Positions 9,464 through 18,446 of a stretch of DNA of 64,000 nucleotides are shown here, in pieces; position 1 is the first letter of the stretch, and every line of letters starts with the position of its first letter. Where the stretch lies: contig JAEWRI010000021.1 in assembly GCA_023460085.1 (NCBI GenBank), positions 41,904-105,903 of the forward strand, read 5' to 3'. A program made the position numbers and the translations under genes. The DNA is from Bacillota bacterium (GTDB taxonomy: Bacteria; Bacillota; Clostridia; Christensenellales; SZUA-584). A model generated the notes under the pieces. That model worked only from the letters and a program-made list of their open reading frames with translations. It had not been told where the DNA came from and made no database searches.

Positions 9464-9512
9464 ATGGTAAAAAACACAGATGGATGTTTTCATATCCATC
9501 TGAAATTACCAT
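9464..9512. other. Extended stem-loop with its T-tract on the minus strand only
   Basis: Outer arms ATGGTAA/TTACCAT and inner arms CAGATGGAT/ATCCATCTG. An A6 run lies 5' on the plus strand, which reads as a U-tract only on the minus strand. Confidence 0.5.
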
Positions 9513-9602
9513 ACAAAAGAAACAGTGCATATCTAATATTACGCCGCTAATGTAGCTATATTGGCGCTGTTATCCGCATACAATAAAATTATCAAAATAC
9601 AC

Positions 9603-9631
9603 TTGACACAAAAGGATGGTTTATGTATAGT
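9603..9631 (+). promoter_or_regulatory. Sigma-A-type promoter of the sugar operon
   Basis: TTGACA (9603-9608), a 17-nt spacer, then TATAGT (9626-9631), about 85 nt upstream of the first gene. Confidence 0.65.
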
Positions 9632-9644
9632 GTAGCCATACCAA

Positions 9645-9658
9645 GTACAACGTTAAAC
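9645..9658 (+). promoter_or_regulatory. Candidate LacI-family operator (GTACAA-CG-TTAAAC)
   Basis: Imperfect palindrome centred on CG, 14 nt downstream of the -10 box. A 12/12 identical core ACAACGTTAAAC recurs at 21287-21298. Confidence 0.55.
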
Positions 9659-9714
9659 CGCCATGCGGACTCAATGCGAAACCTTCAAGACAAAGTTGTC
9701 AGAGAGGGGAAGCC

Positions 9715-10461
9715 ATGATTATCGATTCGCACGCGCATCTTGGGACAGACCGCATTTTCGACGAATACAGAGACGAAAAAGAAATACTCGATACAATGGA
9801 CAGCAACGGGATTGACGCCACGTTGGTGCAGCCCATGTTCGGCACGATCGATCTGCCGGGCATCCGTGAAAACCACGACAGGATTTTTCGATTTTCGCAG
9901 GAACAGCCCCGGCGCATATTCGGGATGATCTCCATGACCCCGCTGATTCACGAAGCCGATTTTTTTAACGAAGCGAAGCGCTGTGTCAAAGAGCTGGGCT
10001 TTGTTGGGATGAAGATTCATCCCGTGTGTCATGCGGTAAATCCCGCTTCAAACCTCGGCAGAATGGTATGGGACGTTTGCGGACAGCTGGATATTCCCAT
10101 CATGATTCATACTGGCGCGGGAATTCCCTTCGCATTGCCGGCCATGACGATAGGGCGTTGCAAGGAGTTCAGGAATGTGAAATGTATTCTGGCGCACGCC
10201 GGAATGATCTCCTTCGTGGGAGAAGCGTTTCTCGCCATGGCGGAATGTCCTAACGCTTACGTTGACACCTCATGGACAGCGCCCCATCATATTGAACATT
10301 TTGTGCACCTGTATGGTGCCGAGAGGGTCATGTTCGCCGGGGACGAGGCGGCGAATGTGCCGGTGGAAGTAGCGAAATACAAATCGCTAAAATTGTCCGA
10401 TGACGATGTGGAGCAATGCCTCTGGAAGACGGCAAACGAAGTATTCAGGCTGGGTTTTTAG
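9715..10461 (+). CDS. Amidohydrolase-2 family metal-dependent TIM-barrel hydrolase (lactonase/decarboxylase-type)
   Basis: N-terminal IIDSHAHLG metal-binding HxH motif. 248 aa. First gene after the promoter and operator. Confidence 0.65.
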   Translation: MIIDSHAHLGTDRIFDEYRDEKEILDTMDSNGIDATLVQPMFGTIDLPGIRENHDRIFRFSQEQPRRIFGMISMTPLIHEADFFNEAKRCVKELGFVGMKIHPVCHAVNPASNLGRMVWDVCGQLDIPIMIHTGAGIPFALPAMTIGRCKEFRNVKCILAHAGMISFVGEAFLAMAECPNAYVDTSWTAPHHIEHFVHLYGAERVMFAGDEAANVPVEVAKYKSLKLSDDDVEQCLWKTANEVFRLGF

Positions 10462-10634
10462 CGCGCGATCGCGTTGTATCCCTGCCTGTTTTATTTTAAT
10501 ATGGTTTAACGATTTCCTTTTAATATTTGCATTTTGCTACGGGATACGCGGCTTGTTTGCCGTGCCCGCAGGCAAACGGCAGGTTGCGCTGCCGGAATTA
10601 CAGGTATCCCTAAAAACGTAAAGGAGAAGCCGCA

Positions 10635-11645
10635 ATGAAAAAAACAAGATTGGTCCTGACCCTGGTATTGGTACTGGTTATGGTGGCCAGCCTCGGCGCG
10701 TGCGGGAAGGAAGCAGCCAATAAGCCCGGCGCAGGAGGGAAGGCGTTCAAGGTAGGCTATATCGTAGCGGACCTTGAAAACCCGGCGTGGAACGCGCTGG
10801 CTACCGGTTTCATCGACAAGTCCAAAGAGCTCGGCATGGAACCTACCGCCGTCAGCTCCAGCGGACAGGCGGCGACGCAGCTGAAAAACGCGCAGGACAT
10901 GATCGCTGCGGAATATAACGCGGTGGTGGTATCCGGTACGGACAGCTCCAGCGCCAATGCCACGGTGAAAGCGCTCAATGAAGCGGACATCCCCGTATTC
11001 ATTCTGCACATCAAACCCGATGATCCTACGGCTACGTTCATGGCTATGGGAGACGCGCAGAATACGCAGGGCAACTACGACGCGGGCAAATACCTCGCCG
11101 ATACCTACAAGACGAAGGGGATGACCGGCACCGCCGCTGAAATCACCATCAGCCTTGCGCGAAGCAATGGCGCGGCCCGTCACGAAGGCTTCAAGAAGGC
11201 CATGGACGAGGCGGGTATCGAACTGAAGGACATCAAAGAAGCGATTACGTATACCCGTGACGAGTCGTACAAGTTCACACAGGATCTGCTGACTGCCAAC
11301 CCCAACCTGTCCATACTGTGGTGCAATTATGACGAAGCGGTGCTGGGCGCGATGAAGGCCATCGAGGATGCGGGCAGGACGGGCGAAATCCTGCTCGGCG
11401 GCTTTGACGGTTCGCCCGAGAGCCTCAAAGCGGTGATGGATGGGAAGATCAGCGTGATGGCGGTGCAGCCGCTGTACGAGCACGGGACCCTGATGGCGCA
11501 GGAAATCTATGATTACCTCTCAAATGGGACACAGCCTGAAACCTTCTCTACGCCCTGCCCGCTGGTAACGACAGAAAATGCTTCTACGGAAGCCGAGAAG
11601 TATCTGTCGGCATGCTTCGGGCCGACCGCAAAATTCCCGGAATAA
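10635..11645 (+). CDS. Sugar ABC transporter substrate-binding lipoprotein (RbsB-like, Peripla_BP_4)
   Basis: Lipobox LGACG; about 336 aa; pattern typical of periplasmic ribose/monosaccharide-binding proteins. Followed by RbsA- and RbsC-like genes. Confidence 0.8.
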   Translation: MKKTRLVLTLVLVLVMVASLGACGKEAANKPGAGGKAFKVGYIVADLENPAWNALATGFIDKSKELGMEPTAVSSSGQAATQLKNAQDMIAAEYNAVVVSGTDSSSANATVKALNEADIPVFILHIKPDDPTATFMAMGDAQNTQGNYDAGKYLADTYKTKGMTGTAAEITISLARSNGAARHEGFKKAMDEAGIELKDIKEAITYTRDESYKFTQDLLTANPNLSILWCNYDEAVLGAMKAIEDAGRTGEILLGGFDGSPESLKAVMDGKISVMAVQPLYEHGTLMAQEIYDYLSNGTQPETFSTPCPLVTTENASTEAEKYLSACFGPTAKFPE

Positions 11646-11715
11646 GAATTATCCGGCACTGGGCCCGCTGTGCGGGAGAGGCAGCTTCTCCCGCACAGCA
11701 ATCGTTTGAGAAGGA

Positions 11716-13221
11716 ATGAACGAAATGGATTATATTCTGGAAGCCGCCGGGATCAGCAAGTCCTTTGGCGGAATCAAAGCGCTGGATACTGTTGCGTTCA
11801 GAATGAAGCAGGGAGAGATCCATTGCCTGGTCGGTGAAAACGGCGCGGGAAAGTCCACGCTGGGCAAGATTTTCGCGGGCATACATGCTCCCGACGAAGG
11901 GACAATCACCGTTGCGGGTACGGGATTCACGCACATGACACCCATCCGGGCGAAGGAACTGAAGATTGCGATGGTGACGCAGGAACTAAACCTCATGCCC
12001 GATCTCTCCATTGCCGAAAACATATTCATGTTTGAAAAGGAAAGCTATAACGGCACGTTTCTGGACAGGAAGAGGATCAACCAAAAGGCGGAAAAGCTTT
12101 TCGGACAGTTCAATCTCTCCAATTTGCCTTCGGTAACCACCAAGGTCGGGAACCTGACGGTGGCGCATCAGCAGATTGTCGAGATCATGAAAGCCATGTC
12201 TCAAAAGAATAACATACTCATCTTTGACGAGCCCACCACGGCGCTGTCCATCAACGAGGTGGAGCAGCTGTTTAAGCTGATGCGCCGCCTGAAGGGTGAT
12301 GGGGTTTCCATCGTGCTGGTTACACACCGCTTCAAAGAAATATTTGATGTAGGGGATCTCGTCACCGTGTTATGTGACGGCAGGATCGTTCGTGAAAGGA
12401 TACCGGTTAAAGAGCTGGACGAGTTCAAGCTGGTCAAGCTGATGGTCGGGCGGGATATCAAAGATTTCTTCGGAGTGAAAGAGACCATACCGATTGGCGA
12501 ACCCGTACTGGAAGTAAAAGGGCTTTCCGACGGAAAGATGCTGAAGAACATCGATTTTACGGTGCACAGAAGCGAGATTCTGGGTTTCGCGGGCTTGGTG
12601 GGCGCGGGGCGTACGGAGATCATGGAGACCATATTCGGCGTGCGCAAAATGACGGCGGGAGAAATTCTGCTGAACGGGAAGCCCATCCGAAACCGCTCTA
12701 TTAAAAAAACTGTGCAAAACGGCATTTCTCTCATACCGGAGGATCGGAAGCTGAAAGGGCTCGCGGTCAATCTGCCGGTGAGCTCCAACATCAATCAGGT
12801 CAGCATGAACCTGAAAAGAGCGATTCTGGTTCATGAAAGGCAGTTCGCGGATAAAAACAAAGAGATGATAGACAGGCTGAACATTAAAATAAAAGGAATG
12901 TCTCAGAGAGTAACCAATCTTTCGGGTGGAAACCAGCAGAAGGTGCTGCTGGGCAAATGGCTGTCGCAGGATCCTTCGGTGTTCATTTTCGACGAGCCTA
13001 CGAGAGGCATTGATGTTGGGACAAAGACCGAGATTTATGAATTGATAAAGGGGCTTGCCAAGGCTGGAAAGGCCATCGTAATGGTGTCCAGTGAGATGCA
13101 GGAACTGATAGCGATATGCGACCGCGTCATTGTAGTAAATGAAGGCAGGATCGTAGCGGAGTTTGAGCGTGAAGAAGCCACAGAACAAAGAATACTGGAA
13201 AAAGCGATACCTGGAAAGTGA
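11716..13221 (+). CDS. Sugar ABC transporter ATP-binding protein, duplicated NBD (RbsA-like)
   Basis: Two ABC cassettes: GENGAGKST ... ILIFDEPT and GLVGAGRTE ... LSGGNQQK ... FIFDEPTRGID. An alternative start exists at 11725. Confidence 0.9.
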   Translation: MNEMDYILEAAGISKSFGGIKALDTVAFRMKQGEIHCLVGENGAGKSTLGKIFAGIHAPDEGTITVAGTGFTHMTPIRAKELKIAMVTQELNLMPDLSIAENIFMFEKESYNGTFLDRKRINQKAEKLFGQFNLSNLPSVTTKVGNLTVAHQQIVEIMKAMSQKNNILIFDEPTTALSINEVEQLFKLMRRLKGDGVSIVLVTHRFKEIFDVGDLVTVLCDGRIVRERIPVKELDEFKLVKLMVGRDIKDFFGVKETIPIGEPVLEVKGLSDGKMLKNIDFTVHRSEILGFAGLVGAGRTEIMETIFGVRKMTAGEILLNGKPIRNRSIKKTVQNGISLIPEDRKLKGLAVNLPVSSNINQVSMNLKRAILVHERQFADKNKEMIDRLNIKIKGMSQRVTNLSGGNQQKVLLGKWLSQDPSVFIFDEPTRGIDVGTKTEIYELIKGLAKAGKAIVMVSSEMQELIAICDRVIVVNEGRIVAEFEREEATEQRILEKAIPGK

Positions 13222-13231
13222 GTGATGAAGG

Positions 13232-14206
13232 ATGGGCGAAAAGACTTTGACCAACAGGAACCGATGGGCTTTCCTCAAAAACAACAGTATTGAAGCTGCG
13301 GTAGGAGGCGTTCTGGTTCTTTTATTCATTATTTTCTCAATAGCGTCCCCGTATTTCTTTAAGGCGACAAACCTGTCGAATGTACTTTACCAGGTGAGCG
13401 CCATCGGGATACTTGCGGTGGGGCAGACGATGGTGATACTGACCGGCGGCATCGATCTGTCCATCGGCGGCATTTTCACGCTGTCGGGCTGGATCATGTG
13501 CTTTTTGGTACAGCGCGCCGGTCTGGGTGTGGGCTTGGCTGCCGGCTTGAGCGTAGGACTGATAGCAGGCGCCATCAACGCGGTGTTGATATCCTACGCG
13601 CGGCTGGAGCCGTTCATCGTCACGCTGGGCACGATGTCCATATTCAACGGCACGGTGTATATCATATCGAACTCGAAAGCGGTGTCCAACCTGCCCGAGA
13701 TTATGGCCAATATCGACAGATACAGAATTTTCGGCGTGATACCGAGCTACGTGTTTATCATGCTGCTGGTATTTGTGCTGGGGCAATTGTTCCTTTCGTT
13801 TACCAAACCCGGGCGGATGATATACGCCATCGGCAGCAATGAGCTGGCGGCGCAGTTCGCGGGAATCCGTGTCAGGTTATACAAGATGCTTCCGTATATC
13901 ATCACCGGCTTTCTGTGCTTCATCGCATCCTTCGTACAGTCCGCGCACCTGTTGGCCATCGACGCGAACGCGGGTATCAATCAGAACCTGGACAGCATTA
14001 CGGCGGTGGTTATCGGCGGCGCGAGTCTGCTGGGCGGCAGAGGCTCTCTGGTGGGCACCGCGATAGGCGTACTGCTGATCGGCGTGCTGGGCAACGGGCT
14101 TAACCTATTGGGCGTGGGTTCCTATTGGCAGCGCGTCGTTGTGGGCATTATACTGATTGCGGCGGTAGCCATCCAGAGAATGTCCATCATGAGAGAATCC
14201 AAATAA
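13232..14206 (+). CDS. Sugar ABC transporter permease (RbsC-like, BPD_transp_2)
   Basis: 324 aa and highly hydrophobic, with the GGIDLSIG motif typical of ribose/xylose-type permeases. Confidence 0.85.
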   Translation: MGEKTLTNRNRWAFLKNNSIEAAVGGVLVLLFIIFSIASPYFFKATNLSNVLYQVSAIGILAVGQTMVILTGGIDLSIGGIFTLSGWIMCFLVQRAGLGVGLAAGLSVGLIAGAINAVLISYARLEPFIVTLGTMSIFNGTVYIISNSKAVSNLPEIMANIDRYRIFGVIPSYVFIMLLVFVLGQLFLSFTKPGRMIYAIGSNELAAQFAGIRVRLYKMLPYIITGFLCFIASFVQSAHLLAIDANAGINQNLDSITAVVIGGASLLGGRGSLVGTAIGVLLIGVLGNGLNLLGVGSYWQRVVVGIILIAAVAIQRMSIMRESK

Positions 14207-14227
14207 ACGAATAACGGAGACAGCACA

Positions 14228-14608
14228 ATGACGATTATCACGCGGGAGAAACTCGAAAAGAACAAACTGCCCGGAAGGGTGATTGAGAAAGCGGTCGGCA
14301 TCGACGCGTATTCCAAATCGATGAAGATGACCATTGGTTTTGCGACGTACAGCATACAGTCGGGCGTGATGGAGCCGCACCAGCATGCGGAGGAAACCGT
14401 ATTCATCACCCGGTCAAAGGGCGGATGCCTGCGCTTTGGTCCGGAGAAGAACGACCTTCCGAACGCCGTTCCGCTGGCGGAAGGAATGATACTGCACATC
14501 CCGGAACTGGAGTGGCACGTATTCGAGTACGACGAGGGCGGCATGGTGGAAATTATGTACATCTATGGGCAGGTGGACAACATCCGGCCCGAAGAAATCA
14601 GGAAATAA
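14228..14608 (+). CDS. Cupin-domain protein
   Basis: 126 aa. Cupin metal motif GVMEPHQHAEETVFI and a second motif around LHIPELEWH. Confidence 0.65.
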   Translation: MTIITREKLEKNKLPGRVIEKAVGIDAYSKSMKMTIGFATYSIQSGVMEPHQHAEETVFITRSKGGCLRFGPEKNDLPNAVPLAEGMILHIPELEWHVFEYDEGGMVEIMYIYGQVDNIRPEEIRK

Positions 14609-14617
14609 GGTGAACGC

Positions 14618-15364
14618 ATGTTGTTTAATGGTGAAACCGCAATCATCACCGGCGGCGCTCAGGGCATCGGCAAAGCCATTGCGGAGGAGTTTGCGCGTGA
14701 GGGCGCTTTCCCGGTAATCTTCGACATCTCGGAGGAGAAAGGCAGCGCGGCCGCGGAGGAAATCAAGGCAAACGGCCATGGCGCAATGTTTGTGCGGTGC
14801 GACGTGTCCAGCGCGAAGGACATCACGCGCGCCGTAGCGGAAACCGGCGAAAAGCGGAATACCATCGATATCCTCGTGAACAACGCGGGCATACTGCACT
14901 CCACGCCCGTGGAAGAAATCACGGAGGAGGAATGGGACCGCATGATGGCAGTCAATCTGAAGAGCGTTTTCTTTATGGTACAGCAGGTGCTGCCCTATAT
15001 GAAGGCGCAGCATAAAGGCCGCGTCGTTAACATCTCCTCACTGGCAGGGAGAATGGGCGGCTTCGCCAACGGGCTGGGATACACGGCGACAAAGGCCGGG
15101 ATCATTGGGCTGACGTACGGTTTCGCGCGCCGCCTCGCGCCCTTTGGCGTTACCGTCAACGCCATCGCGCCGGGAACGACGGAGACGGATATTCTGAAGG
15201 CGTTTACGCCGGAAAGAATCCGGGAGCTCAGCGATTCGGTGCCCATCAAACGGCTGGGCAAGCCGCAGGACATCGCCAACGCGGCGGTGTTTATGGCCTC
15301 GGATAAAGCGTCCTTCATGACGGGCGCGGTCGTCGATATCAACGGGGGCATGTTCATGGGCTGA
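14618..15364 (+). CDS. SDR-family NAD(P)-dependent oxidoreductase
   Basis: TGGAQGIGKA cofactor motif, NNAG, and catalytic YTATKAG (YxxxK). Confidence 0.9.
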   Translation: MLFNGETAIITGGAQGIGKAIAEEFAREGAFPVIFDISEEKGSAAAEEIKANGHGAMFVRCDVSSAKDITRAVAETGEKRNTIDILVNNAGILHSTPVEEITEEEWDRMMAVNLKSVFFMVQQVLPYMKAQHKGRVVNISSLAGRMGGFANGLGYTATKAGIIGLTYGFARRLAPFGVTVNAIAPGTTETDILKAFTPERIRELSDSVPIKRLGKPQDIANAAVFMASDKASFMTGAVVDINGGMFMG

Positions 15365-15423
15365 CGCCGCGGCGTAACGCGGCAGGGAATGAAACCAATC
15401 TGCACGTAAGGGGTGAGAATGTA

Positions 15424-16443
15424 ATGGAATATGACAGCTACACCAAACCGCTGAAAGCGCCTGCCGGGTTGAGCGCCGATACCATGAAGGAGATGCTGCG
15501 CAAGATGTGTCTCATCCGGGAGTTCGACACCAAGGTGCGGGAGCTCTGGATGGCCAACAAGATAGCGGGCATTGCGCACAGCTATGTCGGCGCGGAGGCT
15601 ATCGGCGTGGGCGCATGCGCGGCGCTGCAGCCCGACGACTACATTACCAGCACGCACCGCGGCCACGGGCATACCATCGCCAAGGGCGCCAACCTGAACA
15701 CCATGATGGCGGAGCTCTTTGGCAAGTACGAAGGCTACAACCGGGGCAAGGGAGGCTCCATGCATATCGCCGACGTAGAGCATGGCATGCTGGGCGCGAC
15801 AGGAATCGTGGGCAGCGGAATGCCCATCGCCCTTGGCAGCGCGCTTTCGGCCTATGTGCTGGGCAACAGGAAGGTTACCATCTGCTTTCACGGCGACGGC
15901 GGTACCAACCAAGGCGTATGGCATGAAAGCCTCAACATGGCGGCGGCATGGAAGCTGCCGGCGGTGTTCGTCATCGAGAACAATCAAATGGCCATTGCGA
16001 CATGCCTCAACCGGGTGGCGTGCGAGACGGAGCTGTATAAGCGGGCCGTGGGGTACGGCATCCCCGGGGTGCTGGTGGACGGCTTCAACATCTTAGACGT
16101 ATACGAGGCGGTGAAGGAAGCCGTAGACCGTGCGAGAATCGGGGGCGGCCCCACGCTCATAGAGTGCCGTTTTCTGCGCCTGCTGGGCCACTTTGTCGGA
16201 GATGACCAGTGGTACCGGAACCTGGACGACGTGAAGCCTTATTGGGAGAACTGCCCGATAAAACGGCTGAAGGCATACATGGCGGAGAGCGGCATCGCCA
16301 GCGCGGAAGAGCTGGAGGCCATCAATGAGAAGGCCGTCGCGGACGTTGCGGAGGCGATACGGTACACCGAAGAGGATTGCACCGAGCCGCCCGCGGAAAC
16401 GCTCTACGAAGACCTGTATGCCAACGGCGAGATCATCGAGTAA
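15424..16443 (+). CDS. Thiamine-diphosphate-dependent dehydrogenase E1 component, alpha subunit (PDH/acetoin-DH family)
   Basis: YRGHGH motif and TPP-binding FHGDGGTNQG...ENN motif. 339 aa. Followed by an E1 beta gene. Confidence 0.85.
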   Translation: MEYDSYTKPLKAPAGLSADTMKEMLRKMCLIREFDTKVRELWMANKIAGIAHSYVGAEAIGVGACAALQPDDYITSTHRGHGHTIAKGANLNTMMAELFGKYEGYNRGKGGSMHIADVEHGMLGATGIVGSGMPIALGSALSAYVLGNRKVTICFHGDGGTNQGVWHESLNMAAAWKLPAVFVIENNQMAIATCLNRVACETELYKRAVGYGIPGVLVDGFNILDVYEAVKEAVDRARIGGGPTLIECRFLRLLGHFVGDDQWYRNLDDVKPYWENCPIKRLKAYMAESGIASAEELEAINEKAVADVAEAIRYTEEDCTEPPAETLYEDLYANGEIIE

Positions 16444-16458
16444 GCGAGGGTGGGAACG

Positions 16459-17448
16459 ATGAGAAAGATAACCATACGGGAAGCCTTGAATGAAGCGATG
16501 AACGAGGAAATGGCGCGCGACGAAAGGGTTATCGCGCTGGGCTGCGATATCGGCGTGCGCGGCGGCCCGTTCGCGGTAACGCGCGGCCTGCTGGATCGGT
16601 ACGGCGAAAAGCGTGTATGGGATACGCCCATTTCCGAGGCGTCATTTACGGGCGCGGGCGTGGGCGCGGCGGCTACCGGGTTGCGCCCCATCGTGGAGAT
16701 ACTGTATTCCGACTGGATTACGCTCGCGATGGATCAGATCGTCAACATGGGCGCGAAGATGCGCTACATGTTTGGCGGCAAGGTCAACATGCCCCTGGTG
16801 ATCCGCGCGCCCTTCGGCGCGGGCAACTGCTATGCCGCGCAGCATTCGCAGAGCTTCGAAAACTGGTTCAACCATGTGCCGGGCTTAAAGGTGGTTGCGC
16901 CCTGCACGCCGTACGATATGAAGGGACTGCTGAAAGCGTCCATTCGGGACGACAATCCGGTGATATTCTTCGAGCACAAACGGGCGTACGCGTTCAAGGG
17001 CGACGTTCCGGAAGCGGAAGAGGAGTACGTCGTCCCCATCGGGAAAGCCTCTGTCATTAAAGAAGGGACGGATGTGACGGTGGTGACGTATTCGTATATC
17101 ACCACCCGGGTCATGAATGCGGTGGCGCAGCTGGAGCGGGAGGAAAACGTTTCTGTTGAAGTCATCGATCTGCGTACCATTATGCCGCTGGATTATGAAA
17201 CCGTGATGGCGTCCGTCAGGAAGACCCGCCGCTTCGTCGTGGTGCATGAGGACAATGTGCGCGGCGGCATCGGCGGCGATATCATTGCCGAGGTGATTAA
17301 CCGGGGCTACGACGACCTGAAAGCACCGCCGCTGCGCGTGGGCGGCCTCAACGTCCCCATGCCGTTCAACCGCGGTCTGGAAAATCTGGTGATACCCGAC
17401 GAAGCGAAAATAAACGCGGCGCTGAAGCGGGTGCTGGCCTACAAATAG
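16459..17448 (+). CDS. E1 component beta subunit (transketolase-like pyrimidine-binding and C-terminal domains)
   Basis: ATG 16459 follows GAGGGTGG. Motifs VWDTPISEASFTGAGVGAA and PLDYETVMASVRKT..VVVHE are typical of E1 beta. Confidence 0.85.
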   Translation: MRKITIREALNEAMNEEMARDERVIALGCDIGVRGGPFAVTRGLLDRYGEKRVWDTPISEASFTGAGVGAAATGLRPIVEILYSDWITLAMDQIVNMGAKMRYMFGGKVNMPLVIRAPFGAGNCYAAQHSQSFENWFNHVPGLKVVAPCTPYDMKGLLKASIRDDNPVIFFEHKRAYAFKGDVPEAEEEYVVPIGKASVIKEGTDVTVVTYSYITTRVMNAVAQLEREENVSVEVIDLRTIMPLDYETVMASVRKTRRFVVVHEDNVRGGIGGDIIAEVINRGYDDLKAPPLRVGGLNVPMPFNRGLENLVIPDEAKINAALKRVLAYK

Positions 17449-17465
17449 GAAGGGAGGAGAGCAAC

Positions 17466-18446
17466 ATGAAACCGAAATTCGCATGCGCCGATTTCACATT
17501 TCCGCTGCTGGAGCATGACAAGGCGCTGAAGCTGATAGCGATGATGGGGTTTGACGGAGTGGACATCGGACTGTTTGAAGGCCGGTCTCATCTGCAGCCG
17601 TCCTCGCAGTTTCCGCAGCTGGAGAAAAACGCGAAAACACTTTCGGCGCGGCTGAAGGATGCGGGGTTGGAAGCGGCGGATGTTTTCCTGCAGTGCGACA
17701 ATGATTTCAGCGTATACGCGTTTAACCAACCTGACGCAAAGCGCAGAGAAGTGGCATGTGGATGGTATTTGCAGACGCTGGAGTACGCTTCGCTGCTGGG
17801 AGGCCGCCACGTGACCATACTGCCGGGGGTGGAGTTCCGGAGCGAGCCTTACGAGGATTCGTTTCAGCGGGCCGCGGAGACGCTCGGGTGGTGTGTCGAA
17901 AAAGCGGAGGAATACGGGTTTACGCTTGGCGTGGAAGCGCATGTGGGCTCTCTGGTGCAGATGCCCGCACAGGCGGAGCGGCTCATTCAAAGCGTTCCCG
18001 GTCTGACGCTGACGCTGGATTATACGCACTTCATCCGGCTGGGCGTACCGCAGACGGAGGCGGACACGCTGGTGCGGTATGCGTCGCACTTTCACGCGCG
18101 CAATGCCGCGCCGGACAACGTACAGGTAGTCGCCGCAGAAAACGTCATCGATTATGACCGCGTGGTGGAGTTGATGAAACAGACCCGATACAGGGGTTAC
18201 CTCGGCGTGGAATTCTTCTGGAATGAGTGGGAGAACGGAAACCGCGTGGACAACGTATCCGAAACGGTATTGATGAAGCGAAAGCTGGAAGCGCTTTTGG
18301 GGGCGCTGAGGCTCAGGCGGAATCGCGGACGACCAGTTCGGATTGCAGGAGTATGTGCTGGGGAGGAAGCTCGGGATGCTCTATCCTTTCCAGCAGTATG
18401 TCCAGACCGGAATAGCCGAGGTTATACTGAGGCTGGCGCATGGTAG
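17466..18446 (+). CDS. Xylose-isomerase-like TIM-barrel protein (sugar phosphate isomerase/epimerase family) with about 45-aa Arg-rich tail
   Basis: AP_endonuc_2-like pattern (GFDGVDIGL, LGVEAH, LDYTHF). The first in-frame stop is at 18446, so the 3' end overlaps the convergent lacI-type gene by 134 nt. Confidence 0.6.
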   Translation: MKPKFACADFTFPLLEHDKALKLIAMMGFDGVDIGLFEGRSHLQPSSQFPQLEKNAKTLSARLKDAGLEAADVFLQCDNDFSVYAFNQPDAKRREVACGWYLQTLEYASLLGGRHVTILPGVEFRSEPYEDSFQRAAETLGWCVEKAEEYGFTLGVEAHVGSLVQMPAQAERLIQSVPGLTLTLDYTHFIRLGVPQTEADTLVRYASHFHARNAAPDNVQVVAAENVIDYDRVVELMKQTRYRGYLGVEFFWNEWENGNRVDNVSETVLMKRKLEALLGALRLRRNRGRPVRIAGVCAGEEARDALSFPAVCPDRNSRGYTEAGAW

